Assembly: GCA_016938275.1 (NCBI GenBank)
Contig: JAFGUZ010000204.1
Coordinates: forward strand, 9,820-73,819
DNA: 64,000 nt
Direction of reading: 5' to 3'
Source of the DNA: Candidatus Delongbacteria bacterium
GTDB lineage: Bacteria > UBA4055
Both the position numbers and the translations under genes were made by a program. This document shows, piece after piece, positions 39,901-50,299 of the stretch; the first letter of the stretch is position 1; every line of letters begins with the position of its first letter. Below the pieces are notes generated by a model. That model searched no databases, had not been told where the DNA came from, and saw only the letters and a program-made list of their open reading frames with translations.

Positions 39901-40155
39901 CTAATTATAAATTTTTCCCATCAAAGAATCTAGTTGTCTAATGGACGAGCTTATTCTTGTTTGTATAGTCTCGAAAAAAACGTTATCAGAATTTTTAATT
40001 TGTCTTAATTGTTTTCTCTTTAGCTCTTTTATCTTTTCTTCTGACAGTCTGCTTTCATTTTCAGATTTAATTCTTTCTAGAATCTCGCTGATTTCTCCGG
40101 TAAGATCCAATCTAGAGATCATAATTGACTTTGATATTCCACTCTGAATTCTCAT
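39901..40155 (-). CDS. Hypothetical protein co-transcribed with flgM (possibly an FlgN-like chaperone; function not supported by motifs)
   Basis: 84-aa helical, charged protein. Its ATG overlaps the flgM stop (ATGA). Only the position suggests a flagellar role. Confidence 0.4.
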   Translation of the reverse strand: MRIQSGISKSIMISRLDLTGEISEILERIKSENESRLSEEKIKELKRKQLRQIKNSDNVFFETIQTRISSSIRQLDSLMGKIYN

Positions 40156-40523
40156 AGGTTAATATCCAGCTCATCCAAAATATTACCAGCTGTTTCGTAC
40201 AGGACAGAATCATTATTGTAATAACCTTCATTTACTCTTTTTCTCACATTTTCCAATTTGGCTTTTCTGTCCACTATGATTTCATTTTCATTTCTATCTT
40301 CAAGATGATTTATCTTTAAAAGATTAAACACATTGAAATTATCAGATTCAAAAAGATTTACTTTATTTACAAGGTTAGATTCTGAGTTTATGATTCTCTC
40401 TTCTTTTAATTCCGAAATGTAACCATTGAGTAGTTCCTTGAACGAACCACTCTTTACCTCAGTCTTTTTTGTCTGATTAGTATCTTTTATCTGATCTGTA
40501 TTTGTCAATTTTCTAATCTGCAT
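40152..40523 (-). CDS. flgM: Anti-sigma-28 factor FlgM-like
   Basis: The C-terminal segment KLENVRKRVNEGYYNNDSVLYETAGNILDEL matches the FlgM signature (I..G.Y.vd...iA..ll). The N-terminus is disordered and polar. Confidence 0.6.
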   Translation of the reverse strand: MQIRKLTNTDQIKDTNQTKKTEVKSGSFKELLNGYISELKEERIINSESNLVNKVNLFESDNFNVFNLLKINHLEDRNENEIIVDRKAKLENVRKRVNEGYYNNDSVLYETAGNILDELDINL

Positions 40524-40690
40524 GTGTTACCTTTTATAGACATTCTACAGCATTACACACAATGTGCACCTTAATTAATGCAAATACAGAGCCACAGAAA
40601 CATCAAAAACTATTTCAGGACATGGCAACTAAGATAAAATAAACTGTTACCTTTTAAATACAATTACACAATGATATGTTACACTAAATA

Positions 40691-42451
40691 TTATATTTGA
40701 ATATTATTCTCATCAAAAAACTGTTTAATCTCTTTTTTAATTTTTTGATAGCTATCCAGTTTCAGACATTTTTCGACTAGTTTAACGCATTCTGAGAGGT
40801 CTAAATTATAGATTAAATTTTTAATTGTTGGAAGAGAAGGGACAGAAACACTGATATTGTATATTCCTAAACCAATAAGGATTGGAACAGCTTCTGGTAT
40901 GCTTGCCATTAACCCGCAGACACTTATAAATTTCCCCGATTTAGATGATGATTGAACAGCCTGCTTAATTAACATTAGAACCGAAGGATCCAAAGAGTCG
41001 TATAGATATGTAACCTTGTTATTACCTCTGTCTGTAGCAAGGGTATATTGGGTTAAATCATTTGAACCAATACTGAAAAAATCACAATATTTAGAAATCC
41101 GATCCGCCATCAAAATCGCCGATGGAATCTCCAGCATAACTCCAATTTCTAAATCGTGGTTAACTTCGTAGCCTTCACCTTCAAGCCTTTCTTGTACTCC
41201 ACCAATGATCCTTTTGAGTTTTCTGACTTCATCAACTGTTGTAACAAATGGAATAAGTAATTTTACAGCTTTATTCAACCCGGCTGTACGTAAAATCGCT
41301 CTTATATGAGGAATAAGAATATCTTTTCTTTTGAATAAAAGCCTAATTCCTCTTAGACCAAGGAATGGATTGTCTTCATGTGATGAAAAACGACCTAAAA
41401 GCTTATCTCCTCCGATATCTAAAAGTCTGATAGTAAATTTATCAGGTGATACAGCTTTAGCAATTTTATTATAGATCTCGAATTGTTCGTTTTCTGTAAG
41501 AAGACCTGTTTTTTTCTCAAAAATGAACTCAGTGCGAAACAACCCAACACCTTCAGATGTGTATTTTTTAGAATCACCTAACTCTTCATCAGATTGAATA
41601 TTGTAAGCAATCTTGATCTCTTTTCCATCTTTAGTAAAAGACTTACTCCCTATCAACTTTTTATCAATCTCTTTAAATCTGCTTCTTCTCTCGTCAATAA
41701 GTGCCTTAAACTTTGTTATAGTCTGGCTATCTGGATCCAGAATCACAATTCCAGTGTCTCCGTCAATTATCATAAATTCACATTTGGAAATTTCTGCAAT
41801 TATTCCCGCAACACCAACTATAGCCGGAATCCCCATTGATCTGGATAAAATTGCTGTATGACTTGCTTCTCCCCCGTATTCCGTTACAAAACCTAGAGTA
41901 TTTTTTCTATTCAAACCTATTGCATCAGAAGGAAAAATATTTGTTGATACCACCAAACTTGGCTCTGAATGTTTATTGTAGTCAAGAGGTCTGTTCTCAC
42001 TAAACATAAGATTTCTAACTACTCTTCTACAAACATCTTCTAAATCAAAAGCCCGTTGAGAAAGGTACTCATTTTCTGAATTTTCCAAAACCGACTGGTA
42101 CTCTTTCATAACCTTGCTTACAGCATAAGAAGCATTTACTCGATTTTCTGTAATAAAATCTTTAATTTCGCTTTTTAAAACTTCATCTTCCAATATCAAA
42201 AAGTGTGCATCAAAAATAGATGCAGCTTCTTCCCCACCTTTGAACTTAGCTTTCTTCTGATCAGATTTAAGGTCTCTAATGGCTTGCTTTAAACTACCTT
42301 CATACAATGATATCTCTTTTTCAAGATCAACCACTTTTTCTGGTTCTGGAGCTATAAGCATTTCATGAACATACAGAAATGGTTTACCTAAACTAATCCC
42401 GGGACTTACTCCGGTTCCTTTTAAAATTTTTTCGCCTTTTTTACCGGGCAT
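40691..42451 (-). CDS. ptsI: Phosphoenolpyruvate-protein phosphotransferase (PTS Enzyme I)
   Basis: Active-site His motif GGEASHTAILSRSMGIPAIVG and the PEP-utilising motif IGSNDLTQYTLA. Confidence 0.92.
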   Translation of the reverse strand: MPGKKGEKILKGTGVSPGISLGKPFLYVHEMLIAPEPEKVVDLEKEISLYEGSLKQAIRDLKSDQKKAKFKGGEEAASIFDAHFLILEDEVLKSEIKDFITENRVNASYAVSKVMKEYQSVLENSENEYLSQRAFDLEDVCRRVVRNLMFSENRPLDYNKHSEPSLVVSTNIFPSDAIGLNRKNTLGFVTEYGGEASHTAILSRSMGIPAIVGVAGIIAEISKCEFMIIDGDTGIVILDPDSQTITKFKALIDERRSRFKEIDKKLIGSKSFTKDGKEIKIAYNIQSDEELGDSKKYTSEGVGLFRTEFIFEKKTGLLTENEQFEIYNKIAKAVSPDKFTIRLLDIGGDKLLGRFSSHEDNPFLGLRGIRLLFKRKDILIPHIRAILRTAGLNKAVKLLIPFVTTVDEVRKLKRIIGGVQERLEGEGYEVNHDLEIGVMLEIPSAILMADRISKYCDFFSIGSNDLTQYTLATDRGNNKVTYLYDSLDPSVLMLIKQAVQSSSKSGKFISVCGLMASIPEAVPILIGLGIYNISVSVPSLPTIKNLIYNLDLSECVKLVEKCLKLDSYQKIKKEIKQFFDENNIQI

Positions 42452-42717
42452 TATTCCTCGTAAAATTTATCTTCAATAAGTTTCACCAGCTCTTTGAGAC
42501 ACTCCTCTTCATCGTTTCCACTGCATTTAACAGTTAGAAACGAACCGTTCTCAGCGGCAAGCATCATAACACCCATTATAGATTTTGCATTTATTTCGTA
42601 ACCATCTTTTTCAATAAACACATCGGATTTATACTTTGAAGAAATTTTTACAAACTTAGCAGCTGGTCTTGCATGCAAGCCTAGTTTATTTGTTATTTTA
42701 ACCTTTGAACTAACCAT
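42451..42717 (-). CDS. ptsH: Phosphocarrier protein HPr
   Basis: His-15 motif LGLHARPAA and Ser-46 region NAKSIMGVMML. Confidence 0.92.
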   Translation of the reverse strand: MVSSKVKITNKLGLHARPAAKFVKISSKYKSDVFIEKDGYEINAKSIMGVMMLAAENGSFLTVKCSGNDEEECLKELVKLIEDKFYEE

Positions 42718-43057
42718 AAAATTCCCTATTGGTTATTGATGAGACCTATTATTCATCCGTCACATTCCGTCCCGACTTTTTATTAAATAATATATATAAG
42801 TTTAGGTTTAATCAATAATTTTATTTAGGAATAAGCAATATAAAAAATAATACAACTCCATTATTAAACTCCTAATTTCTCTTTTGATTGTTTCATTATC
42901 ATGTTGAAACTATATATAATTTTTTTTCTAAGAGTTTAAAATAATAGTGCTTAAAAAATTATGATATAATTGAAGCATCATCCATTATACATTGCGAAAG
43001 ATAAATTGAATTATTATTTTCCGGTTCCTTTACACCAATTAACAAGGGGAGGTTAAA

Positions 43058-43330
43058 ATGGTGATGGTTTTTTCATTGATTGGATTAGGTATTATTGTAG
43101 GATTTGTATTTAGAAAAAAAGAACTTGTATTTAAATTAAATGAAAAATTCACAATGTATTCGATTTATCTTTTGTTGTTTCTTCTTGGAGTTTCTGTTGG
43201 TATGAACGAAGAAATAATTTCCAATATTGATAAAATTGGTTTAGATGTGTTTGTAATAACACTGGGAGCGGTACTGGGTAGTGTAATTGCCAGTTGGATT
43301 CTTTTTAAAACATTTTTTAGGAATCATTAA
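43058..43330 (+). CDS. LysO-family (DUF340) exporter, small N-terminal subunit
   Basis: 90 aa with three TM segments, immediately upstream of the large DUF340 gene. This is the split arrangement seen in many genomes. Confidence 0.55.
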   Translation: MVMVFSLIGLGIIVGFVFRKKELVFKLNEKFTMYSIYLLLFLLGVSVGMNEEIISNIDKIGLDVFVITLGAVLGSVIASWILFKTFFRNH

Positions 43331-43331
43331 A

Positions 43332-43952
43332 ATGAAGAGCAGTATTAAAATATTATTATTTTTTATTATAGGTGTCTTTGTTGCCCTTTTATCAAAAGAT
43401 ACAAATCTTAATAAAATCCTTGTATTTATAAAGGATAAGGATTTAACTACTTACGCCCTTTATTTACTCATGTTTCTAGTTGGAATTGGTGTTGGAGGAG
43501 ATACTAAATCATGGACTATTTTAAAAAAATTTAGTTTTAAAATAGTGCTGGTTCCCATCGCAACAATAATTGGATCATTATTTGGGGGAGTTCTTTTGGG
43601 TTATTTCTCCGGCCTTTTCACAATTGATGAGGCTTTAGCCGTTTCATCCGGACTTGGCTATTATAGTTTGTCGAGTATTTTGATTACGGAAATCAGATCT
43701 GAAACATTAGGAGTTATAGCATTATTATCCAATATTTTGAGAGAACTTATGACATTGATTTTGACTCCTTTTTTTGCATATGCATTTGGAAAACTAGCTC
43801 CTATAGCAAGCGGAGGAGCTACTTCAATGGATACTACGCTTCCAATAATTACTAGATATGTTGGAAAAGAATATGCAATGATATCAGTTTTTAGTGGTAC
43901 AGTGCTAACCCTAGCTGTCCCAATTTTGGTTCCGTTGATGCTTAAATTGTAA
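43332..43952 (+). CDS. LysO-family (DUF340) lysine exporter, large subunit
   Basis: Motifs SGLGYYSLSSILITE and SGGATSMDTTLPII. The ATG at 43332 is 1 nt after the upstream stop. Confidence 0.7.
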   Translation: MKSSIKILLFFIIGVFVALLSKDTNLNKILVFIKDKDLTTYALYLLMFLVGIGVGGDTKSWTILKKFSFKIVLVPIATIIGSLFGGVLLGYFSGLFTIDEALAVSSGLGYYSLSSILITEIRSETLGVIALLSNILRELMTLILTPFFAYAFGKLAPIASGGATSMDTTLPIITRYVGKEYAMISVFSGTVLTLAVPILVPLMLKL

Positions 43953-44098
43953 CTTTTCATAAACAGTGTTTATTTTAGTTTTTTAGGGTAATGACTATCA
44001 TATATGCTCTAATTCCAATTGAGGATCAATATATTGGGATACTTAATTAAAAACCTACATGTGTAATTATATTGTAATAATAAAAAAAAATATTATAT

Positions 44099-44506
44099 TT
44101 GCCGATTGTAATTGACTATTTACACGAAAGTGAAAGGGTTATGTACAGATTATTACAAAAGTTCAAACCAGGTGATCGGATAAATGGGAAAGTCATTCGT
44201 CTAGAGGATCAATATAGAGGACTTTACATAGTAGAAATTTTTGGTCAGTGGATGACTGCAAAATCTGAAAAAATTTTATCTATTGGTGAAGAAATTACTT
44301 TTGAAGTAATCTCGGGATCTCCTTTACCAGGTTTGAAAATTGTTGAACAAGTCAAAAAACAGGATCGAAATGTAAATATTCTCATTTCCTGTGGTATAGA
44401 ACCTTCCCTCAAAAATTTAAACCTTCTAAAAGTTTATATTGAAGACGGAGGATATGTCCAAAAAGATGAATTGATCAGATATTTCAAGAGGCAAAATGAG
44501 TTATAA
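44099..44506 (+). CDS. Hypothetical protein
   Basis: ORF with a TTG start (alternative ATG at MYRLLQ...). It overlaps the dus start by 11 nt, which suggests co-transcription. No recognisable family. Confidence 0.4.
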   Translation: MPIVIDYLHESERVMYRLLQKFKPGDRINGKVIRLEDQYRGLYIVEIFGQWMTAKSEKILSIGEEITFEVISGSPLPGLKIVEQVKKQDRNVNILISCGIEPSLKNLNLLKVYIEDGGYVQKDELIRYFKRQNEL

Positions 44507-45545
44507 AATAGGAAATTTAACTTTAGACAATCCAATTATTCTCGCTCCAATGGATGGTTACACCGACATACCATTCAGAACAATAATCAAAGAGATGGGA
44601 GCTGATCTAATTTATACTGAATTCGCACATTCAGATGCACTTCTCTATGAAAATATACGTTCTATGAAAAAAGTTAGGATTTTAGAAGAGGAACGTCCTG
44701 TAGTAATTCAAATCTTTGGTAAGGATCCGGATAAGATGGCGAGAGCAGCAAAATTGATGGAAGAATTAAACCCTGATTATCTTGATTTAAATTTCGGCTG
44801 CCCATCTCCAACTGTTGCTGGAAATGGAAGTGGATCAGCTCTACTTAAGAACCTTCCCCTTTTGGAAAAAATATGTGAGACAGTAGTAAGCACAGTAAAA
44901 TTACCGGTTACAGCAAAAACCAGAATAGGTTGGGACTCAAAAACAATAAACATTCTGGAAACAGTGAAAGTATTTGAGAGGACGGGAATACAAGCTGTAA
45001 CCCTTCACCCAAGAACCAGAGCTCAAAAATTTACAGGTCTTTCAGATTGGTCGTTTATAAAACTTTTGAAAGAAAACACGCATTTACCCGTAATTGGAAA
45101 TGGTGACATAAGAACACCGGAAGACGCTAAAAGAATGTTCGATGAAACATCTTGTGATGGCGTGATGATAGGAAGGGAAGCCATCTCAAATCCATGGATT
45201 TTTAAGCAAGTTCAAGATTTTTTAAATTCTGGTGTCTATGAAAAAGAGATTCCTATCCATGAAAGAATAAGAGTTTGCCAAAGGCATATTGATCTAGCCA
45301 CTATCTGGAAAGGTGAAGTCAGGGCAATGTTTGAAATGAGGAAATTGTATGGTTACTACTTTAAAGGAATCCCCAACTTAAAAAGATTTAAAAAATTGGC
45401 TTTTGCATCGTCAGATATACAGGAGATAAAAGGCTATGTAGACAATATTGAATCAATTGTAAATGATGAAAAGCTAGATATATTGGAACTACCTCCAGTA
45501 AAAAATCTGAAAGCATATATTAAAAAAAATGGAGATATCGAATAG
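44496..45545 (+). CDS. dus: tRNA-dihydrouridine synthase
   Basis: Motifs ILAPMDGYTDIPFR, DLNFGCP and HPRTRAQ. Confidence 0.88.
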   Translation: MSYKIGNLTLDNPIILAPMDGYTDIPFRTIIKEMGADLIYTEFAHSDALLYENIRSMKKVRILEEERPVVIQIFGKDPDKMARAAKLMEELNPDYLDLNFGCPSPTVAGNGSGSALLKNLPLLEKICETVVSTVKLPVTAKTRIGWDSKTINILETVKVFERTGIQAVTLHPRTRAQKFTGLSDWSFIKLLKENTHLPVIGNGDIRTPEDAKRMFDETSCDGVMIGREAISNPWIFKQVQDFLNSGVYEKEIPIHERIRVCQRHIDLATIWKGEVRAMFEMRKLYGYYFKGIPNLKRFKKLAFASSDIQEIKGYVDNIESIVNDEKLDILELPPVKNLKAYIKKNGDIE

Positions 45546-45585
45546 TTAGCACTTCATTATAAGATCTACTATTATATTTGCAGAA

Positions 45586-47013
45586 TTATTCTTTAAGTTT
45601 ACCCCTTTTGACCAACGTAGCCCAAGAAACATCAAGTAATCTGGCAGCTTTGTTGATATTTCCATCAGTAATTTCCAAGGCTTTTTTTGTAACCATATAT
45701 TCAATTTCTGAGAATTTTGGACCATTTTCATCAAATCTTATGATGAGTTCATTATTAACTGAAGCATAATTTTTTGTAGATGAGTGAAGATAAGGAGAAA
45801 GATGTGAGAGTCTCACTATATTATCATCAAACAAAAGTACAATTCTCTCTATAATATTTTTCAATTCTCTAATATTTCCAGGCCATTCGTAGGATAATAG
45901 AAAATCAACTGCATCAGAAGAAAAACCTTCAAACTTTTTCTTTCGTAGTAGAGAGCTTTTTTTTAGAAAATTTTCCGCCAGAGGGATGATTTCTTCCTTT
46001 CTTTTTCTTAAAGGACTAAGCTCTATATGCCCCGTATTCAATCTGTAAAAAAGTTCAGGTCGAAATAATTTCTCTTCAATCTTCTTTTCTATATCATGAT
46101 TTGTTGCACAAACTATTCGAACATTTACAGAAACAGGAACGACTCCGCCAACTTTGTAAAAATTTTTCTCCTGTAGTACTCTCAAAAGTTTAGGCTGCAT
46201 TTCAATTGGCATATCACCAATTTCATCTAAAAAAAGAGTTCCACCGTCTGCTAATTCAAGTTTCCCTTTTTTCCCCTTTGAGTCAGCTCCAGTAAATGCA
46301 CCCTGATCATAACCAAAAATTTCACTTTCAAATAAAGAAGAGGATACTGCTGCACAATTTATCGAGATAAAAGGTTTTTCACTTCCATTTGTACCATGAT
46401 GAATAAATCTTGCCATAACCTCTTTACCGGTTCCAGACTCTCCAGTGATTAAGCATGGAATATCAGAGTTTTCATGAAGTTTTAAGGCAAAGTCGTAAGC
46501 TTTTGACATAGATTTTGAGGTAGTATTAAAATACTCTTCATTACCAATTAAGTTAATAAAATCAACCAAATTATTTTTTGTAGATATTATTTTACTACTG
46601 AGAATTTCTTTTTCTCTTTTTAAGGATTGGTTCTCTTTATGTAGCTCACGCTTTTCTTCAGATCTTTCTATTACAGTAATTAGCTCTTCAACATTGATTG
46701 GTTTGATTAGGTAATCAAAAGCTCCTTCCCTAAGTGCAGTTACACAACTATTTAAATCACCAAAGCCAGTAATTAAAATAACATCTGTTTCATCACCCTG
46801 CTCAGACTCTTTAACTTTCTTTAATAAGTCCAATCCAGTCATACCTGTCATTCTAATATCAGAAATAATTATTTCAGGTTTGACAGAATGGTATTTTGAC
46901 ATTGCATTATCGCATGAATTAAACACAGAAAGTTCTATTTTTTCTTCAAATTTTAAAAAATTTTCTATAGCCAATCTACTCTGATCATCATCATCAATAA
47001 GAAATATTTTCAT
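45586..47013 (-). CDS. Sigma-54-dependent response regulator (NtrC family: receiver, AAA+ and Fis-type HTH)
   Basis: Receiver KIFLIDDD...ISDIRMTGMTG. AAA+ motifs GESGTGKE, GAFTGA and LFLDEIGDM. C-terminal HTH GNINKAARLLDVSWATL. The ATG at 47013 is 1 nt from the kinase stop. Confidence 0.88.
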   Translation of the reverse strand: MKIFLIDDDDQSRLAIENFLKFEEKIELSVFNSCDNAMSKYHSVKPEIIISDIRMTGMTGLDLLKKVKESEQGDETDVILITGFGDLNSCVTALREGAFDYLIKPINVEELITVIERSEEKRELHKENQSLKREKEILSSKIISTKNNLVDFINLIGNEEYFNTTSKSMSKAYDFALKLHENSDIPCLITGESGTGKEVMARFIHHGTNGSEKPFISINCAAVSSSLFESEIFGYDQGAFTGADSKGKKGKLELADGGTLFLDEIGDMPIEMQPKLLRVLQEKNFYKVGGVVPVSVNVRIVCATNHDIEKKIEEKLFRPELFYRLNTGHIELSPLRKRKEEIIPLAENFLKKSSLLRKKKFEGFSSDAVDFLLSYEWPGNIRELKNIIERIVLLFDDNIVRLSHLSPYLHSSTKNYASVNNELIIRFDENGPKFSEIEYMVTKKALEITDGNINKAARLLDVSWATLVKRGKLKE

Positions 47014-47014
47014 A

Positions 47015-48664
47015 TCACTCCACACATTTAGGGAAAACTATTTCAAAGAAAGCTCCACCTTCTAAATTATTACCGTAGTTAATCTTGCCACTCATCGAAT
47101 CTACATAGTGTTTTACTATTGCAAGACCAAGTCCCATTCCATCTTTTGATTTTTTTGTTGAAAAAAGAGGATCGAATATATCTTTATTTTCAATATTTTC
47201 GATACCATTTCCATTATCTTTTACCAAAATTTTAATAAAATCATTAACAACATCAGTTTGCAAATCAATTCTCTTAATATTCACAATTGTTTCATCAAGA
47301 GCTTGCATTGAATTAACTAGTAGATTGATTATTATCTGTTCCAAATATATGGAATTTCCTAGTAGTTCTAGAACTTCTTCAGAACTTTTATAATTTAAAA
47401 CTATACTATGTGATGTAATTTGAGATTTCAACAGATCCAAAGCATTTTTAATTGTATTATCAACATTGATTTTTTCAAAATTCGAATTTGAGTCATTTAT
47501 CCAGAATGATCGCATATGTGAGATAATAGAACTTATTCTTTCAGCAGCTTGCTTAGTCTGAACTATAGATTCATAATAATTATCACTTAATTTTTTTTCC
47601 TTTTTCTCTCTGTATAGTATTCCGGAAATATTAACCATTATTGAATTTAAAGGTTGGTTTATCTCATGTGTAATACCTGCCGCCATTACTCCTATTGAGG
47701 CTAATCTAGTATGTTTTTCGGCAACCTGAACCATTTCTAATTCATTTGACTTCTCTTTATACTTTTTTTCAAGATAGTTAATCTTTGTATTCATAAGATT
47801 AGAGCTTACTTTTTCTTTAAACTTTAACATTAGTTTAAGATATTCGCTTTGTTTTTTATACTCTTCAATTGATTCGTATAAGTTAGAAAGACTTTGATAT
47901 GCAAACCAAAGTATTTCGTCATTATTTTGTTCTTTTGCAACCCTTAAAGCGTATTCGAAATGATTTAAGGCTTCAAAATATTCATGCTTTAATGATTTCG
48001 TGTATCCTAGACCCATTTCAATAAAACCATCGTATCTTGCAATCTTTAGTTTTTTATTCAATTCTTTTGCAATTAACAAGTTTTCTTCGGCGATGTCATA
48101 ATTACCTAATATATTCTCCATCTCAGCTTTATTTATATAGCATTGTATGAGTAAATCATGATCGTTGTTTTCATTACAGATTCTGAAACTTATATCTAAA
48201 TATTTTTGAGCTAATACAAAATTATGTTCATCAACGTATTTTTGAGCTAAGTTTAAATTGGGCTGGATAGAGTTACTGTTGAAAGAAACACTTTTTGCAT
48301 AACATTCTTTCGCTTTATCATGTAAATCAATTGCAGAATAAAAAACACCCATATTATTATAAATCCTTGAAAGCTCATCAGGATTTTCTTCTTCATTAAC
48401 ATATGATGCTGCAGCAAAAGTATATTCTAAAGCTAAATCAATCTCTAATGCCCTAAAATGATATAAACTTACCGAAGTATAGCTTTGAGATTTTAATTTA
48501 ACAGAGTCTGTTTTATCAATATTATTAATTAGATATTCTGCAAACTCTTTTTGAACTTCTTGTGGTTCAGTTTCTTTGATTAAATTTAGGATCTCATTGG
48601 CTTTTTTTAATTTAAAATCTATATCTGTAATTTCATGAAACTCTTTTTTAAGTCTTTCAAACAT
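47015..48664 (-). CDS. Cytoplasmic sensor histidine kinase with an N-terminal TPR region
   Basis: H-box GITHEINQPLN. ATPase motifs KDNGNGI and GMGLGLAIV. No TM segment is evident. TPR-like repeats occupy the first ~300 aa. Confidence 0.8.
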   Translation of the reverse strand: MFERLKKEFHEITDIDFKLKKANEILNLIKETEPQEVQKEFAEYLINNIDKTDSVKLKSQSYTSVSLYHFRALEIDLALEYTFAAASYVNEEENPDELSRIYNNMGVFYSAIDLHDKAKECYAKSVSFNSNSIQPNLNLAQKYVDEHNFVLAQKYLDISFRICNENNDHDLLIQCYINKAEMENILGNYDIAEENLLIAKELNKKLKIARYDGFIEMGLGYTKSLKHEYFEALNHFEYALRVAKEQNNDEILWFAYQSLSNLYESIEEYKKQSEYLKLMLKFKEKVSSNLMNTKINYLEKKYKEKSNELEMVQVAEKHTRLASIGVMAAGITHEINQPLNSIMVNISGILYREKKEKKLSDNYYESIVQTKQAAERISSIISHMRSFWINDSNSNFEKINVDNTIKNALDLLKSQITSHSIVLNYKSSEEVLELLGNSIYLEQIIINLLVNSMQALDETIVNIKRIDLQTDVVNDFIKILVKDNGNGIENIENKDIFDPLFSTKKSKDGMGLGLAIVKHYVDSMSGKINYGNNLEGGAFFEIVFPKCVE

Positions 48665-48903
48665 TTTGACCTCCGTATTGATTTTAAAATAATCAAAAGA
48701 TTGTGAATTTGAAAAGGTTGTTTTGACTGATTTTTAAAAGATATTCACATATTTTAAATTCAATTCAAGAAAAACAAAAATGGAATCAATACAAAATTAA
48801 AATTTTTATAATTTATGATCTTTATCCTAATTTTTTTTTCAATTTATTGTTTAGTTTTAAGCGTAAGAACACTGATGGTAAATTAAAATAAAAAGGAGGC
48901 ATT

Positions 48904-49287
48904 ATGCCAAAAATCAACAGATACGTAGACATTAGCCAAATCGACAAAGAAGCTAAAAAAGATTATATCGACAGACACTCACCATTTTTACACTGCCAAT
49001 CAAATGCTAAAAAAGGTGAAAAATTTACTGTAAAAGTTAAAGTTGGTAACGAGTACAAACACCCAGACGATTTCGATCACTACATTTCTTACGTACAATT
49101 GTGGAATGGCGAAGTTTTCTTAGGTGAAGCTCATTTTACTCCTGGAGTACTTGGAAATATGCCTGGTCAAGTTGAAGTTGACTTCAATATTATACCTACA
49201 AAAAACATGAAACTGGTAGCAATGGCATATTGTACAAAACATGGTTTATGGGAAAGCGATCCTATTGAGGTTGAAGTTACTGAATAA
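48904..49287 (+). CDS. Superoxide reductase, 1Fe (neelaredoxin) type
   Basis: All five Fe ligands line up with the family: DRHSP (His), YKHPDDFDHY (two His) and AYCTKHGLWES (Cys and His). A strong AAGGAGG RBS precedes the start. Confidence 0.75.
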   Translation: MPKINRYVDISQIDKEAKKDYIDRHSPFLHCQSNAKKGEKFTVKVKVGNEYKHPDDFDHYISYVQLWNGEVFLGEAHFTPGVLGNMPGQVEVDFNIIPTKNMKLVAMAYCTKHGLWESDPIEVEVTE

Positions 49288-49308
49288 TAATCTAATTTAT
49301 AAAAGACA

Positions 49309-49340
49309 AAAAAAAGCCGATAATCCCCGGCTTTTTTTTA
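49309..49340 (+). terminator. Probable Rho-independent terminator after the SOR gene
   Basis: A-run, then stem agccg (49315-49319) pairing with cggct (49328-49332), then T8. The stem is short, so confidence is moderate. Confidence 0.55.
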
Positions 49341-49454
49341 TTCTCAAAAAATTATTATCTTTCTTCATAAATTCGACAGCTTGTAATTAAACTAATAATT
49401 GACTTATCTGGTATAAAATTTTATCTTCCTTTGTTAAATTGAAAGGATTTCTGA

Positions 49455-50240
49455 TTGCTATTAAATAAAGAATTTTTCATAAGATCTATAGTTACAATAA
49501 TTTTTGGACCTTTGTTGCTATTTCTTCCATTTAGTGGAATAGAGTTCTACACTGGCTTTACTATTCTAATTGCCACTGTTGGTGCATGGGAAATTTGGAT
49601 TATGAGTAAAAAAATTTCCCCTTTAAAGGCTCTTATCATTCCCGGAGTAATTATTTTTGCATCTTATTATAGTGGCTTTATTTCATCTTTTATAATATCC
49701 ATTCTTCTACTTCTCATTCTTTTTACTATGGAAACTTTTCAAAATAATGAAAAATTCCTTCAATCTATTGGAACTATAATGCTTATCACTGTTTACACAG
49801 GGTACTTTATTATTTTTCAAATTGAGATTTTAAGGGAATTTTCACCAGAGTACATAATTTTAATATTTTTAACAATTTGGGCTACCGATATTTTCGCTTA
49901 TATAGGTGGAAGTACCTATGGTAGACATAAACTTTGTCCTACCGTAAGTCCAAAAAAATCAGTTGAAGGGGCGTTAACAGGCTTAATTATGGGTTGTAGC
50001 GTAGGGAGTATTTACGCTGTATATATGGGCTTGTTTAGTATTAAAGAAAGTGTTATTATTACTGCAGTCGTATCATCTGCAGGTCAATTAGGGGATCTAT
50101 TTGAATCAAAAATTAAAAGGATGTACAATATAAAAGATTCTTCAAAACTTATTCCTGGGCATGGCGGTGTGCTTGATAGATTTGATAGCTTTATATTTGC
50201 AACCCCTTTTATGTATATTTGTGTTAAACTTTGGTTATAG
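49455..50240 (+). CDS. cdsA: Phosphatidate cytidylyltransferase
   Basis: Signature SPKKSVEGALTG...GHGGVLDRFDS. Polytopic membrane protein with a TTG start. Confidence 0.85.
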   Translation: MLLNKEFFIRSIVTIIFGPLLLFLPFSGIEFYTGFTILIATVGAWEIWIMSKKISPLKALIIPGVIIFASYYSGFISSFIISILLLLILFTMETFQNNEKFLQSIGTIMLITVYTGYFIIFQIEILREFSPEYIILIFLTIWATDIFAYIGGSTYGRHKLCPTVSPKKSVEGALTGLIMGCSVGSIYAVYMGLFSIKESVIITAVVSSAGQLGDLFESKIKRMYNIKDSSKLIPGHGGVLDRFDSFIFATPFMYICVKLWL

Positions 50241-50299
50241 TTTGCCTCAGATATATTAAATCATTACCTTATATCGAAGAATGTTAATTGGGAGCGAAA

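Noticed and set aside
42718-43057. Looked for a lysine riboswitch upstream of the LysO exporter genes.
   Set aside because: The region is uniformly AT-rich with no extended pairing or conserved L-box-like segments.
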